DNA from: Nemertoderma westbladi
Taxonomy: Eukaryota; Animalia; Xenacoelomorpha
Assembly: GCA_032718475.1 (NCBI GenBank)
Contig: JAUCBJ010001433.1
Location: forward strand, 1-42,053
Direction of reading: 5' to 3'
Length of the DNA stretch: 42,053 bases
Shown here: piece by piece, positions 21,401 to 32,868 of the stretch
How positions within the stretch are numbered: the stretch's first letter is position 1
How the letters are laid out: each line of letters starts with the position of its first letter
Notes under the pieces: model-generated
The model's database searches: none
Told to the model about the DNA's origin: nothing
What the model saw: only the letters and a program-made list of their open reading frames with translations
Position numbers and translations under genes: made by a program

Positions 21401-24400
21401 AGAGGAGCCTTTGGGTTGCCTCTGGTAGTTAGGAGCCTTTGGGTTGCCTCCAGTAGAGGAGCCTTAATCTTGCCTCCGGTAGAGAGGAGCCTTCGGGTTG
21501 CCTCTGTTAGAGAGGAGCCTTTAGTTGGCCTCCAGTAGAGAGGAGCCTTTGGGTTGCCTCTGGTAGTGAGGAGCCTTTGGGTTGCCTCCAGTGGAGGAGC
21601 CTTTCGGTTGCCTCTAATAGTGAGGAGCCTTTGGGTTGCCTCCAGTAGAGAGGAGCCTTTGGGTTGCCTCCAGTAGAGGAGCCTTAAGCTTGCCTCCGGT
21701 AGAGAGGAGCCTTCGGGTTGCCTCTGTTAGCGATGAACCTTTTAGTTGCCTCTGGTAGAGAGGATCCTTTGGGTTGCCTCTGGTAGAGAGGAGCCTTTGG
21801 GTTGCCTCCAGTAGAGGAGCCTTAAGCTTGCCTACGGTAGAGAGGAGCCTTCGGGTTGCCTCTGTTAGAGAGGAGCCTTTGGGTTGCCTCCAGTAGAGAG
21901 GAGCCTTTGGGTTGCCTCTGGTAGTGAGGAGCCTTTGGGTTGCCTCCAGTAGAGGAGCCTTAAGCTTGCCTCCGGTAGGGAGGAGCCTTCGGGTTGCCTC
22001 TGTTAGAGAGGAGCCTTTGGGTTGCATCCAGTAGAGAGAAGCCTTTGGGTTGCCTCTGGCAGTGAGGAGCCTTTGGGTTGCCTCCAGTAGAGAGGAGCCT
22101 TTGGGTTGCCTCTGGTAGTGAGGAGCCTTTGGGTTGCCTCCAGTAGAGGAGCCTTAAGCTTGCCTCCGGTAGGGAGGAGCCTTCGGGTTGCCTCTGGTAG
22201 TGAGGAGCCTTTGGGTTGCCTCCAGTAAAGAGGAGCCTTTGGGTTGCCTCTTGTAGTGAGGAGCCTTTGGGTTGCCTCAAGTAGAGGAGCCTTTGGGTTC
22301 CCTCTGGTAGTGAGGAGCCTTTGGGTTGCCTTCAGTAGAGGAGCCTTAAGCTTGCCTCCGATAGAGAGGAGCCTTCGGGTTGCCTCTGTTAGCGATGAAC
22401 CTTTGGGTTGCCTCTGGCAGAGAGGAGCCTTAGCGTTGCCTCCGGTAGAGAGCAGCCTTCGGGTTTCCTCCGGTAGAGAGGAGCCTTTGGGTTGCCTCCA
22501 GTACAGGAGCCTTAAGTTTGCCTCCAGTAGAGAGGAACCTTCGGGTTGCCTCCAGTAGAGAGGAACCTTCGGGTTGCCTCCATTAGAGAGGAATATTCGG
22601 GTTGCCTCCATTAGAGAGGAACCTTCGGGTTGCCTCTTGTAGAGGGGAACCTTCGGGTTGCCTCCATTAGAGAGGGAGCCTTCGGGTTGCCTCCAGTAGT
22701 GAGGAGCCTTCGGGTTGCCTCCAGTAGAGAGGAGCCTTCGGGTTGCCTCCAGTAGAGAGGAGCCTTCGGGTTGCCTCCAGTAGAGAGGAGCCTTCGGGTT
22801 GCTTCTGGTAGTGAGGAGCCTTTGGGTTGCCTCCAGTAGAGAGGAGCCTTCGGGTTGCCTCCAGTAGAGAGGAGCCTTCGGGTTGCTTCTGGTAGTGAGG
22901 AGCCTTTGGGTTGCCTCCACTAGATAGGAGCCTTCGGGTTGCCTCCAGTAGTGAGGAGCCTTCGGGTTGCCTCCAGTAGAGAGGAGCCTTCGGGTTGCCT
23001 CCAGTAGAGAGGAGCCTTCGGGTTGCCTCCAGTAGAGAGGAGCCTTCGGGTTGCTTCTGGTAGTGAGGAGCCTTTGGGTTGCCTCCAGTAGAGAGGAGCC
23101 TTTGGGTTGCCTCCAGTAGAGGAGCCTTAAGCTTGCCTCCGGTAGAGAGGATCCTTCGGGTTGCCTCTGTTAGCGATGAACCTTTTAGTTGCCTCTGGTA
23201 GAGAGGATCCTTTGGGTTGCCTCTGGTAGAGAGGAGCCTTTGGGTTGCCTCCAGCAGAGGAGCCTTAAGCTTGACTCCGTCAGAGAGGTTGCTTCTTGTA
23301 TAGGGGTTGCCCAGAGTAGAAAGGAGCCCTCGGATTGGCTCCAGTAGAAAGGAGCCTTTGGGTTGCCTCCAGCAGAAAAGAACCTTCGGGTTGCTTCTTG
23401 TACAGGGGAGCCTTCGGGTCGCCTCCAGTAGAGAGGAGCCTTCGGGTCGCTTCCAGTAGAGAGGAGCCTTTGGGTTGCCTCCAGTAGAAAGGAGCCTTCG
23501 GGTTACTTCTTGTAGAGGGGAGTCTTCGGGTTGCCCAGAGTAGCAAGGAGCCCTCGTGTTGGCTCCAGTAGAAAGGAGCCTTTGGGTTGCATCCAGTAGA
23601 AAGGAACCTTCGGGTTGCTTTTTGTAGAGGGGAGCCTTCGGGTTGCCCAGAGTAGAAAGGAGCCTTTGGGTTGCCTCCAGTAGAAAGGAGCCTTTGGGTT
23701 GCCTCCAGTAGAAAGGAGCCTTCGGGTTACTTCTTGTAGAGGGGAGCCTTCGGGTTTCCCAGAGTAGAAAGGAGCCCTCGGGTTGGCTCCAGTAGAAAGG
23801 ATTCTTTGGGTTGCCTCCAATAGAAAGGAACATTCGGGTTGCTTTTTGTAGAGGGGAGCCTTCGGGTTGCCCAGAGTAGAAAGGAGCCCTCGGGTTGGCT
23901 CCAGTAGAAAGGAGCCTTTGGGTTGCGTCCAGTAGAAAGAACCTTCGGGTTGCTTCTTGTACAGGGGAGCCTTCGGGTTGCCCAGAGTAGAAAGGATCCC
24001 TCGGATTGGCTCCAGTAGAAAGGAGCCTTTGGGTTGCCTCCAGTAGAAAAGAACCTTCGGGTTGCTTCTTGTGCAGGGGATCGTTCGGGTGCCTCCAGTA
24101 GAGAGGAGCCTTTGGGTTGCCTCCAGTAGAAAGGAGCCTTCGGGTTACTTCTTGTAGAGGGGAGCCTTCGGGTTGCCTCCAGTAGAAAGGAGCCTTCGGG
24201 TTGCCTCCAGTAGAAAGGAGCCTTCGGGTTACTTCTTGTAGAGGGGAGTCTTCGGGTTGCTTCTTGTAGAGGGGAGCCTTCGGGTCGCCTCCAGTAGAGA
24301 GGAGCCTTTGGGTTGCCTCCAGTAGAAAGGAGCCTTCGGGTTACTTCTTGTAGAGGGGAGCCTTCGGGTTGCCTCCAGTAGAAAGGAGCCTTCGGGTTGC

Positions 24401-25630
24401 CTCCAGTAGAAAGGAGCCTTCGGGTTACTTCTTGTAGAGGGGAGTCTTCGGGTTGCTTCTTGTAGAGGGGAGCCTTTGGGTTGCCTCCGGTAGAGGAGCC
24501 CTCGGGTTACTTCTTGTAGAGGGGAGTCTTCGGGTTGCTTCTTGTAGAGGGGAGCCTTTGGGTTGCTTCTTGTAGAGGGGAGCCTTTGGGTTGCCTCCAG
24601 TAGAAAGGAGCCTTCGGGTTGCCTCCAGTAGAAAGGAGCCTTCGGGTTGCCTCCAGTAGAAAGGAGTCTTCGGGTTACTTCTTGTAGAGGGGAGTCTTCG
24701 GGTTACTTCTTGTAGAGGGGAGCCTTCGGGTTGCCTCTTGTAGAGGGGAGCCTTCGGGTTGCCTCCAGTAGAGAGGAGCCTTTGGGTTGCCTCCAGTAGA
24801 AAGGAGCCTTCGGGTTACTTCTTGTAGAGGGGAGCCTTCGGGTTGCCTCCAGTAGAAAGGAGCCTTCGGGTTGCCTCCAGTATAGAGGAGCCTTCGGGTT
24901 ACTTCTTGTAGAGGGGAGTCTTCGGGTTGCTTCTTGTAGAGGGGAGCCTTTGGGTTGCCTCCAGTAGAAAGGAGCCTTCGGGTTGCCTCCAGTAGAAAGG
25001 AGCCTTCGGGTTGCCTCCAGTAGAAAGGAGCTTAAGGTTGCTTCTTGTAGAGGGGAGCCTTTGGGTTGCCTCCGGTAGAGGAGCCTTCGGGTTACTTCTT
25101 GTAGAGGGGAGTCTTCGGGTTGCTTCTTGTAGAGGGGAGTCTTTGGGTTGCCTCCAGTAGAAAGGAGCGTTTGGGTTGCCTCCAGTAGAAAGTATCCTTC
25201 GGGTTGCCTCCAGTAGAGAGGAGCCTTCGGGTTGCCTCCAGTAGAAAGGAGCCTTCGGGTTGCCTCTGGTAGAGGGGAGCCTTCGGGTTGCCTCCTGTAC
25301 AGGGGAGCCTTCGGGTCGCCTCCAGTAGAGAGGAGCCTTCGGGTCGCTTCCAGTAGAGAGGAGCCTTTGGGTTGCCTCCAGTAGAAAGGAGCCTTCGGGT
25401 TACTTCTTGTAGAGGGGAGTCTTCGGGTTGCCCAGAGTAGCAAGGAGCCCTCGTGTTGGCTCCAGTAGAAAGGAGCCTTTGGGTTGCATCCAGTAGAAAG
25501 GAACCTTCGGGTTGCTTCTTGTAGAGGGGAGCCTTCGGGTTACTTCTTGTAGAGGGGAGCCTTCGGGTTGCTTCTTGTAGAGGGGAGCCTTCGGGTTGCC
25601 CAGAGTAGAAGGAGCCTCTCGTTGTCTCCA
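15453..25630. repeat. ~10 kb GC-rich satellite/minisatellite of 28-bp and 26-bp units
   Basis: Consensus GAGGAGCCTT(C/T)GGGTTGCCTCCAGTAGA; roughly 370 units estimated from length. Higher-order repeats of 443 bp and ~4.05-4.3 kb are visible from duplicated ORF-track peptides. Confidence 0.97.
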
Positions 25631-25667
25631 GTGTCGTCCATGTTTTCCTTTTTCCTTTTAACCACAG

Positions 25668-25890
25668 ATTGTCGCCTGTTTACGAGCGGTACTCTGGCCT
25701 ACCGATAAATCCGTCAGACGGGCAACAGAGTCTCTGTAAAGGCGCTCAAAGGATTCGATTCCTGAAACTGTACTGCCCCGATCGCTATCAGAAGCATCTG
25801 GAGAAAAACCGTCAACGGGTCCAGCGAAGTCGCGAAAAACGACGCACGATGGCGATAAGCGATGAAACAGGCGTCCATGGTCACATCTGA
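25668..25890 (+). CDS. Putative terminal exon 3 encoding a basic helical (bZIP-basic-like) motif
   Basis: Strong acceptor TTTTCCTTTTTCCTTTTAACCACAG (AG 25666-25667), one base, then LSPVYERY...'RIRFLKLYCPDRYQKHLEKNRQRVQRSREKRR'...TGA at 25890. AATAAA at 25973. Confidence 0.7.
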
Positions 25891-25972
25891 GAGGTTACCC
25901 TTGAACCAAAGAGCTAAGGGAACTTTGTAAACCCAACTGAATAACAACATACATTTCTTGCGTGTTTTTCTT

Positions 25973-25978
25973 AATAAA
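25973..25978 (+). promoter_or_regulatory. Candidate polyadenylation signal for exon 3
   Basis: AATAAA 83 bp after the stop, followed by T/GT-rich sequence. Confidence 0.45.
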
Positions 25979-26969
25979 TCGCGTTTTATTGTATAAAATT
26001 AATTATAAGGTTTTTTAAATATCTGTTGAGATATTGACTGAATTATTGTAGAAATCTTGTTAACGCAATGCTAAGTTAATTAATTTAACAGTAAAGCACA
26101 ATAATAGTAGCACAGCTCATTTGTTAACACCACCTTCATTATAAAGGCAGAATATATGGCCAATAACCCCCCCCCCCCCCCCCCCCCCCCCCCGGCACTA
26201 TTATTTTTTCTAATCTCAATGAGATTGCATGAAACATCAAACAGAGATAGTTTCACCTACCTCCTTCTTGCTGGGTGAGCCAGAATTTATATTTTCGCTT
26301 TCATATTTTAGCTACAACAGTTTGAAAATGGTGTCTCCCATGATATTGCACCGCAGTTATTCTTCGACCTTATAGAGAATTGTTGGTACGGATAAGAAAG
26401 CTGACCGCCGCGCAAGGATTCCAAATATGTAACACAATCTGAATTTCATTCTAAATAACTTGAGATACCGACGTGTACTAAAGTAGCATGATGGGTGGAT
26501 GCCAACCATATACAATACAATAGGCCTAATAATAATGTACAAATAAAAATCGAATACAATAATGTAAACCATTTGAGAATGAATAGTGAGGGATTTGAGA
26601 TTTAATATAGATTTTTTAATGTAGATATTTAAATATAATATAGATTTTTTACTTTTATTGCTGTCTGTCCTTCATACTGCTTTACACTGAATCTTTCGTA
26701 GCAAAAGCTACAACTATTTAAAGAAAATGTGACATGGCACAATTTTCAAATTTTGTTATTGAAATTAAGGGTAGCTTCGGTGGAAATTCTAGAAATACAA
26801 GATTGACAATTTTGGAGGTTAATCAGGGCACATGAATAAATTGCGTGAGCGTATCCAAAATGGGCCATAAAAGTGTCCCAAACGTAACGGAGGTTTTTTT
26901 TTTATCAGAAAACGCGAACTGATAAAGATTTAGATCATCACATCTATTCACTTATTTAGTAAAGACATT

Positions 26970-27119
26970 GCTTAAAATATTATAATTTATTGTTTTGATT
27001 AGAACGTGCTGTAACCTGGCTTAAAATAATATAATTTATTGTTTTGATTAGAACGTGCTGTAACCTGGCTTAAAATATTATAATTTATTGTTTTGATTAG
27101 AACGTGCTGTAACCTGCTT
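26970..27119. repeat. Three tandem copies of a 49-bp unit
   Basis: CTTAAAATA...GATTAGAACGTGCTGTAACCTG starts at 26971, 27020 and 27069. Confidence 0.93.
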
Positions 27120-27997
27120 CAATTAATTTTCATCAAAAACATCTATTTAAATTTTCAAATTAATTGTTTGATATAATAATACAACATTTGTGTGTATCTC
27201 ATAGTTTTAAAGGCGACAAAATATTTAGGACCGCTTTTCACGGCAACATTTACCAGTTTTTCTAACTAGAGAGCTTTCTACTTCGATCTATAATATTTTG
27301 ACCTATAGTCGGTCACTTCAATGCCACCATTAAACAGCAATACTTGGGATTTTCAATATTATGGAGATAAAACACGAACATCAATTTATACTCAGATTTT
27401 TGCATGGGGGGGTGTGGTAATACTGATAAGCAGTATTACTGGTGGAAGGAGTCTTCCTAGCTGAGAATCTTTGGGGTAAATAGGTTAGTCTTGATCTTCA
27501 CATATATTCAATAATGATATTGAGCAAGTAATAAACAGGTAACCAGTTAATGCCCCAAAGTCCGGGGTCACGTGAACAGTAATCTCGATATAGTGTCAGT
27601 AGCTAATAATCAGTCGTCTTGCCATAATAATCCTACCATAATAACTTTGCGTTTACTATATTGGTAAAGATATAAGACTAATATTCTTCACATGGGCGTT
27701 TTTATATAAGGCCGGGCCGGGCCAGTCCGGGCCTACTTAAGCTTCATTTTTGAGGTTCTTAAAATTTGAGTTCCAATATGATAATAGATTGCGCACATAT
27801 TGGTTTTGGGTTTTCGAAGTGCATAATAGGGATTAATCCCGTAACACATGAAAAACGGAAGACAAACTTTGAGAACTTATTGGGGGAATCTGCGTACTTT
27901 ACCTGAGTGTATTTGTTTATTTTGTATGACGTCGCCTGTTTGTGATTGTTTACTTTCTATGACGTTATCATGTGTCATGTTATCATGTATTTCACAG

Positions 27998-28142
27998 GCG
28001 CTATCAACATGACTTGAGTAAGTCTCGTACTCGGTATCGCCAGTTTAAAGAAACCAATCCTGAGCGCTATGAGGAATATCTTAATTACATGAGAAACCGA
28101 CAGAGGGCGTATCGAGAGAGGATGAAGGGACATAGAGACTAA
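27998..28142 (+). CDS. Putative terminal exon 4, similar to exon 3 (not in the ORF track)
   Basis: Acceptor ATGTATTTCACAG (AG 27996-27997), one base, then RYQHDLSKSRTRYRQFKETNPERYEEYLNYMRNRQRAYRERMKGHRD*. Aligns with exon 3 without gaps. AATAAA at 28345. Confidence 0.68.
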
Positions 28143-28630
28143 AGGAAGGCCGGAATACAGTATAGTGTTGCCCGAGAGATAATAACATACGGATATTTGT
28201 ACTTACTCATCATTCTCAACTTTTATATCAAGTCTTGTTGGCATCCCACCACCCGTGATGATATACTAATGGGAATTTAATTATGAAAGATAAGGACAGT
28301 GTGAATATTTTTATTTGAAGTTTTATTGAGCCGATCTAGGACATAGTCCTGTAGTATCAAATACAATAAAAGTCAACATCACACATCACTAGATATTTGT
28401 TCTTTTGTGTCAGAGGTTCTAATAATATATGAACCGTGGTACGAATGGAAAGTAGGCCTATACCAAAATATATATATATAATATAACAGTATAGGGTGTA
28501 TGTGGGATTGTTGCTATAGCAATACCGGTACCATATCATATTACATATGATAATATTTCATATTATAAAAACAATGAATATAATAATGAATAAACGCATT
28601 TTTATTAAAATTAAATTAACTTACTTTAAA

Positions 28631-29270
28631 GGCCCGTTTCCGCACTGCTTTTTTATGTGAGGTAATCTGAGATTTTTTTTAAGCTGTTTCTCTAACTTGT
28701 TTTGCAGATAGGGGGTGGGGGGGGGGGGGGGGGGGGGGGACTGGACGCAATTAATATTCATCCCTCTCCAGGGGAAATTCGACGCAAATAACAGCTGATT
28801 ACTCTCAAAAAATAAAACTGTAACCTGTTCTATTGCGTTTAGTTTATTGTTTGGGTTAAAATAACGTGCCACTGTAACCTGCTCCTTTCCCCTATTTGAG
28901 GATTTAACATTGAGGCGGGATATTAATTCGCCATGGCGGGTTTTGCGTCCAGTCCCCCCCTACCCCCCTGTCTCTTATATTTATGAGCTATTTTTCAAGC
29001 TTCTTATTGAGAAGCTTTTTTTGAGCTTCTGTCATGCTTTTTTGGCTAGATATTGTCATAATCAAGTCGTGAATTGTTACATGCCTTTATCTAACGGTCG
29101 CCAAGTTAAAATGATTACGAAATTAGTAATATAGACATGTATCTAGAATTATTTTGATTATTATTATCCGTTATTTCAGCTCCACTGTTTTTTGGTGGAG
29201 CTTTGATTCTGAGATTTGAGGTTTTATCATTCCAAAATTATCAGATTCGTCTTGAAGCGATTTAAGCGAT
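28631..29270 (+). mobile_element. Partial copy of the Harbinger-like MITE family
   Basis: Left end GGCCCGTTTCCGCACTGCTTTTTT as at 38624. 29218-29260 resembles 41884-41925. Interrupted by another MITE. Confidence 0.62.
28711..28968. mobile_element. MITE with G-rich terminal inverted repeats
   Basis: GGGGGTGGG(n)GACTGGACGCAA ... TTGCGTCCAGTCCCCCCCTACCCCCC. Flanks TA/TG suggest a degenerate TA duplication (Tc1/mariner-pogo type, inferred). Confidence 0.75.
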
Positions 29271-29959
29271 GAATAACACAATAAATAATGATAATCAATT
29301 AAACAATTATACCGAGTATTATTTTAAATAAATTTAGAACACATTAATATGCAAAAATGACAATCTCTACTTGGCCTAGGCCAAGTAGAGACAACTACCA
29401 ATGCTAAAACACACTAAAATTCAATAAAATAAATATGGGCAATTCCAGTGTCGGACGATCGCAGACAATGAATTAATGAATTGAAGTAGAAGCTTAAGTA
29501 ACCAATAATTACAAACTATATTTACTTATTTATCAAGCACGTAAGTAACATCCCTACCGGTAGGTGTGTTATTACCAAAGTATGTAAACAACTAAAAAGC
29601 AACTTAAGACCTAGACCCTGCATACAATCAGTGATCAGCTGACGGCAGCCAGTATATAACTTTTTACAGAACACAGGCGAACACACACAAACACACTCCA
29701 AAAACTGCCGAACACAATCGAACACAGTCGAGAATAGAAAGAGCACAAAAAATAACACCGGGTACCAACATTTAGATAAAATTAGCCACGCGTTGCTTTT
29801 CTATAAGTAAATTGAATAAAATTTTCGCGAAATTAAATATTAATTTCTTATCAGATCAGGCCTAACCTAAGCTGACAACTAATAATTATTGAACATAGTA
29901 GTAGGCCTAAGTTATGTGTGGTTAGCACCGGGACAGCCGGGACACCGGGGATGTAATAC

Positions 29960-30990
29960 ATTTCAAGCTTTTGCAAGACTGACCACAATGGGTGTCTAGC
30001 AATTACAGTGAAATGTTTAAACAATTCACGCCAGTCAGTCAGCCAACGTGTATTGGGCTCGCCAATGTGTGTCATGATGTGGTTGTGCACAGTCTTACCC
30101 TGTTCGCTCCCATCTTTGGTCGTCCCATCCTGGTAGGCCTACTGTCTAACGCGTTCAAACAAGTGTTGGATGGTGTATCCAACATATTCCCCCTTACAAG
30201 AGGGACAAGAGAATGTATACGACGTTAGATGCAAGGATATCCGGGACGGGATGTTTAAGAGATGGAGTGACTGGCACAGTTTAGATGTAGTGAAAACGAA
30301 CCGAACTGGCCGTGTGCAAGACCTCTAAATTTTCCACTAACTTTCGAACAAGCAGATCGGTTGCCCGACCTCGGTACTCAAACTTACAGATAATGTGCTT
30401 TGAATCATCAACTGCTGCCTGGTAGACCAGGTCAATGACCTCGGTGGGGACAGCTGTTGGTGCCTCGCCCCCAGTACCACTGCCTGCACGCCCCCTAACG
30501 GCTTGAACTACGGCTAGCTCATGCTCGACCGGACCAGCATATCAGTATATTGGTTATTGCTAAGAATATTCTCAGCATCCCCAATAGCGGTATAGAGTTG
30601 GCAACCATCCAGCCACCCTTTGTACTGGCGTATAAAGATGCGGTGGAATATACCACGAACTAGCGTTTGTAAGACTAATCAGGGGCACACGCAGTGGCAT
30701 TGAGAACGAGCCCAGTATCTGTATAGGCTTGCGATACCACGCCGTTGAAAGAGCATAGTCAACCCGAGTGACAACCAAATCAAGAAAGGACAAGCGGCCC
30801 TCCACCTCCATCTCAAGGGTAAACTTGAAATTAGGATGGAGGGCATTGACCTCTCAAAGCTTCTCAGTGGGGTCGTTACTACCAACGCTAAATACGTCAT
30901 CGACGTACCTATCACTAAGCTTGGTGTCCGCAGTGATCCTCCCATTGAACTGTGAAAGAAAGATGTTGGCCAGTATGCCCAACTGGATTA
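29960..30990 (-). mobile_element. Degenerate Penelope-like element (RT plus GIY-YIG endonuclease)
   Basis: Minus-strand 'YVDDVF' (~30900), 'HPNFKFTLEMEVEGRLSFLDLVV...WYRKP', and a frameshifted 'SNVVY..SCPSCKGEYVGYTIQHLFERV' (~30150-30230). Confidence 0.82.
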
Positions 30991-31239
30991 TGGCGAACCC
31001 AACCCCAGATCACTAACCAAACATCATGCATCACCCCGGTTATTTAATGGAGACAGTTAAGTCAACATCAATATACACCAGTGATTTAGTAAATAATTAA
31101 TTAAATCAAACAATTAATGCAACATTAATTAATCAGATAAAAAAATATTGTTTAATTTTACCTATAAAAAGTTTTCGTGGCCTAATTGAAGTAAGAAATT
31201 CCGGATTATTATTCAACAGTATAATTTACTTTGGATGTA

Positions 31240-32359
31240 TACGCAAATCAATGTATATGCAAATTAATGTATATGCAAATTAATGCATATGCAAATTAAT
31301 GCATATCCAAAGAAATGTATATGCAAATTAATGTATTTGCAAATTAATGTATATGAAAATCAATGTATATGCAAATTAATAATGTATATGCTAATTAATG
31401 TATATGCAAATTAATGTAGATATGCAAATTAATGTATATGAAAATCAATGTATATGCAAATTAATAATGTATATGCTAATTAATGTATATGCAAATTAAT
31501 GTAAATATGCAAATTAATGTATATGAAAATTAATGTATCTGCAAATTAATGCATATCCAAAGAAATGTATATGCAAATTAATGTATATGCAAATTAATGT
31601 ATATGCAAATTAATGTATATGAAAATCAATGTATATGCAAATTAATGTATATGCAAATTAATAATGTATATGCAAAGAAATGTATATGCAAATTAATGTA
31701 TATGCAAATTAATGTATATGCAAACTAATGTATATGCAAATTAATGCATATCCAAAGAAATGTATATGCAAATTAATGTATATGAAAATCAATGTATATG
31801 CAAATTAATAATGTATATGCTAATTAATGTATATGCAAATTAATGCATATCCAAAGAAATGTATATGCAAATTAATGTATATGCAAATTAATGTATATGA
31901 AAATCAATGTATATGCAAATTAATAATGTATATGCTAATTAATGTATATGCAAATTAATGTAGATATGCAAATTAATGTATATGAAAATCAATGTATATG
32001 CAAATTAATAATGTATATGCTAATTAATGTATATGCAAATTAATGTAAATATGCAAATTAATGTATATGAAAATTAATGTATCTGCAAATTAATGCATAT
32101 CCAAAGAAATGTATATGCAAATTAATGTATATGCAAATTAATGTATATGCAAATTAATGTATATGAAAATCAATGTATATGCAAATTAATGTATATGCAA
32201 ATTAATAATGTATATGCAAAGAAATGTATATGCAAATTAATGTATATGCAAATTAATGTATATGCAAACTAATGTATATGCAAATTAATGCATATATGAA
32301 ATTAATGTATGTGCAAATTAATGTAGATATGCAAATTAATGTATATGCAAAGTAATGCA
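31240..32359. repeat. 16-bp AT-rich minisatellite (AATGTATATGCAAATT)n
   Basis: Directly visible, roughly 65-70 units. A 544-bp higher-order duplication is marked by GCATATCCAAAG at 31301/31845 and 31551/32095. Confidence 0.96.
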
Positions 32360-32619
32360 GTGGTCGTACAGTAGCATTATTGGATCAGTTTCATGGCAGT
32401 CCTCATGTCCTCCTATTAAAAAACAGTTTGTGAAATTGTGATTCTGAACACAGAATGATGATAAATTGAGAAATTATAAATGAGTAAGATTTAAATATTG
32501 ACAAATTGATCTCAAACCGCAATTAAATATTACAAACGGATATCGAAGAAGCAAAATGGTACTGGTAGACAGTCTGACAGTCGAGTATAGTAGTTTTCCT
32601 AGTCCAAAAAATATATGGC

Positions 32620-32790
32620 AGAAACGTATACATATAGGGCATAAAATTATTAGAAAAAAAATATAGGGCAAAAAAAGTAAAAATATAGGGTAAAAAAAGT
32701 TGAAAATATAGCGCAAAAGTAAAAACATAGGGCAAAAAAGGTTAAAAATATAGGGCAAGAAATGTTAAAAAATAGGGCAAAAAAATTAAT
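32620..32790. repeat. Degenerate AAAATATAGGGCAAAAAA tandem repeat
   Basis: About seven imperfect units of ~20-25 bp. Confidence 0.7.
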
Positions 32791-32868
32791 GCCCTAATAA
32801 ATCACATGAAATACAGAAACTGACACCAAAAAGTAATTCCGTGAAATATTGATTGCAACAGTAACGGA

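Noticed and set aside
15453-25630. CRISPR array or protein-coding repeat ORFs (LLEATQRLLSTGGNPK...)
   Set aside because: Units abut with no unique spacers and there are no cas genes. The ORFs result from a stop-poor 26/28-bp repeat and cycle through all frames.
26167-26192. Long poly-C/poly-G runs (also 28711, 33027, 39784) as functional G-quadruplexes
   Set aside because: Common simple homopolymers of unreliable length, with no supporting context.
26357-26486. Possible fifth exon after GCACCGCAG
   Set aside because: The matching phase has three stops and only vague basic character; at best a decayed exon.
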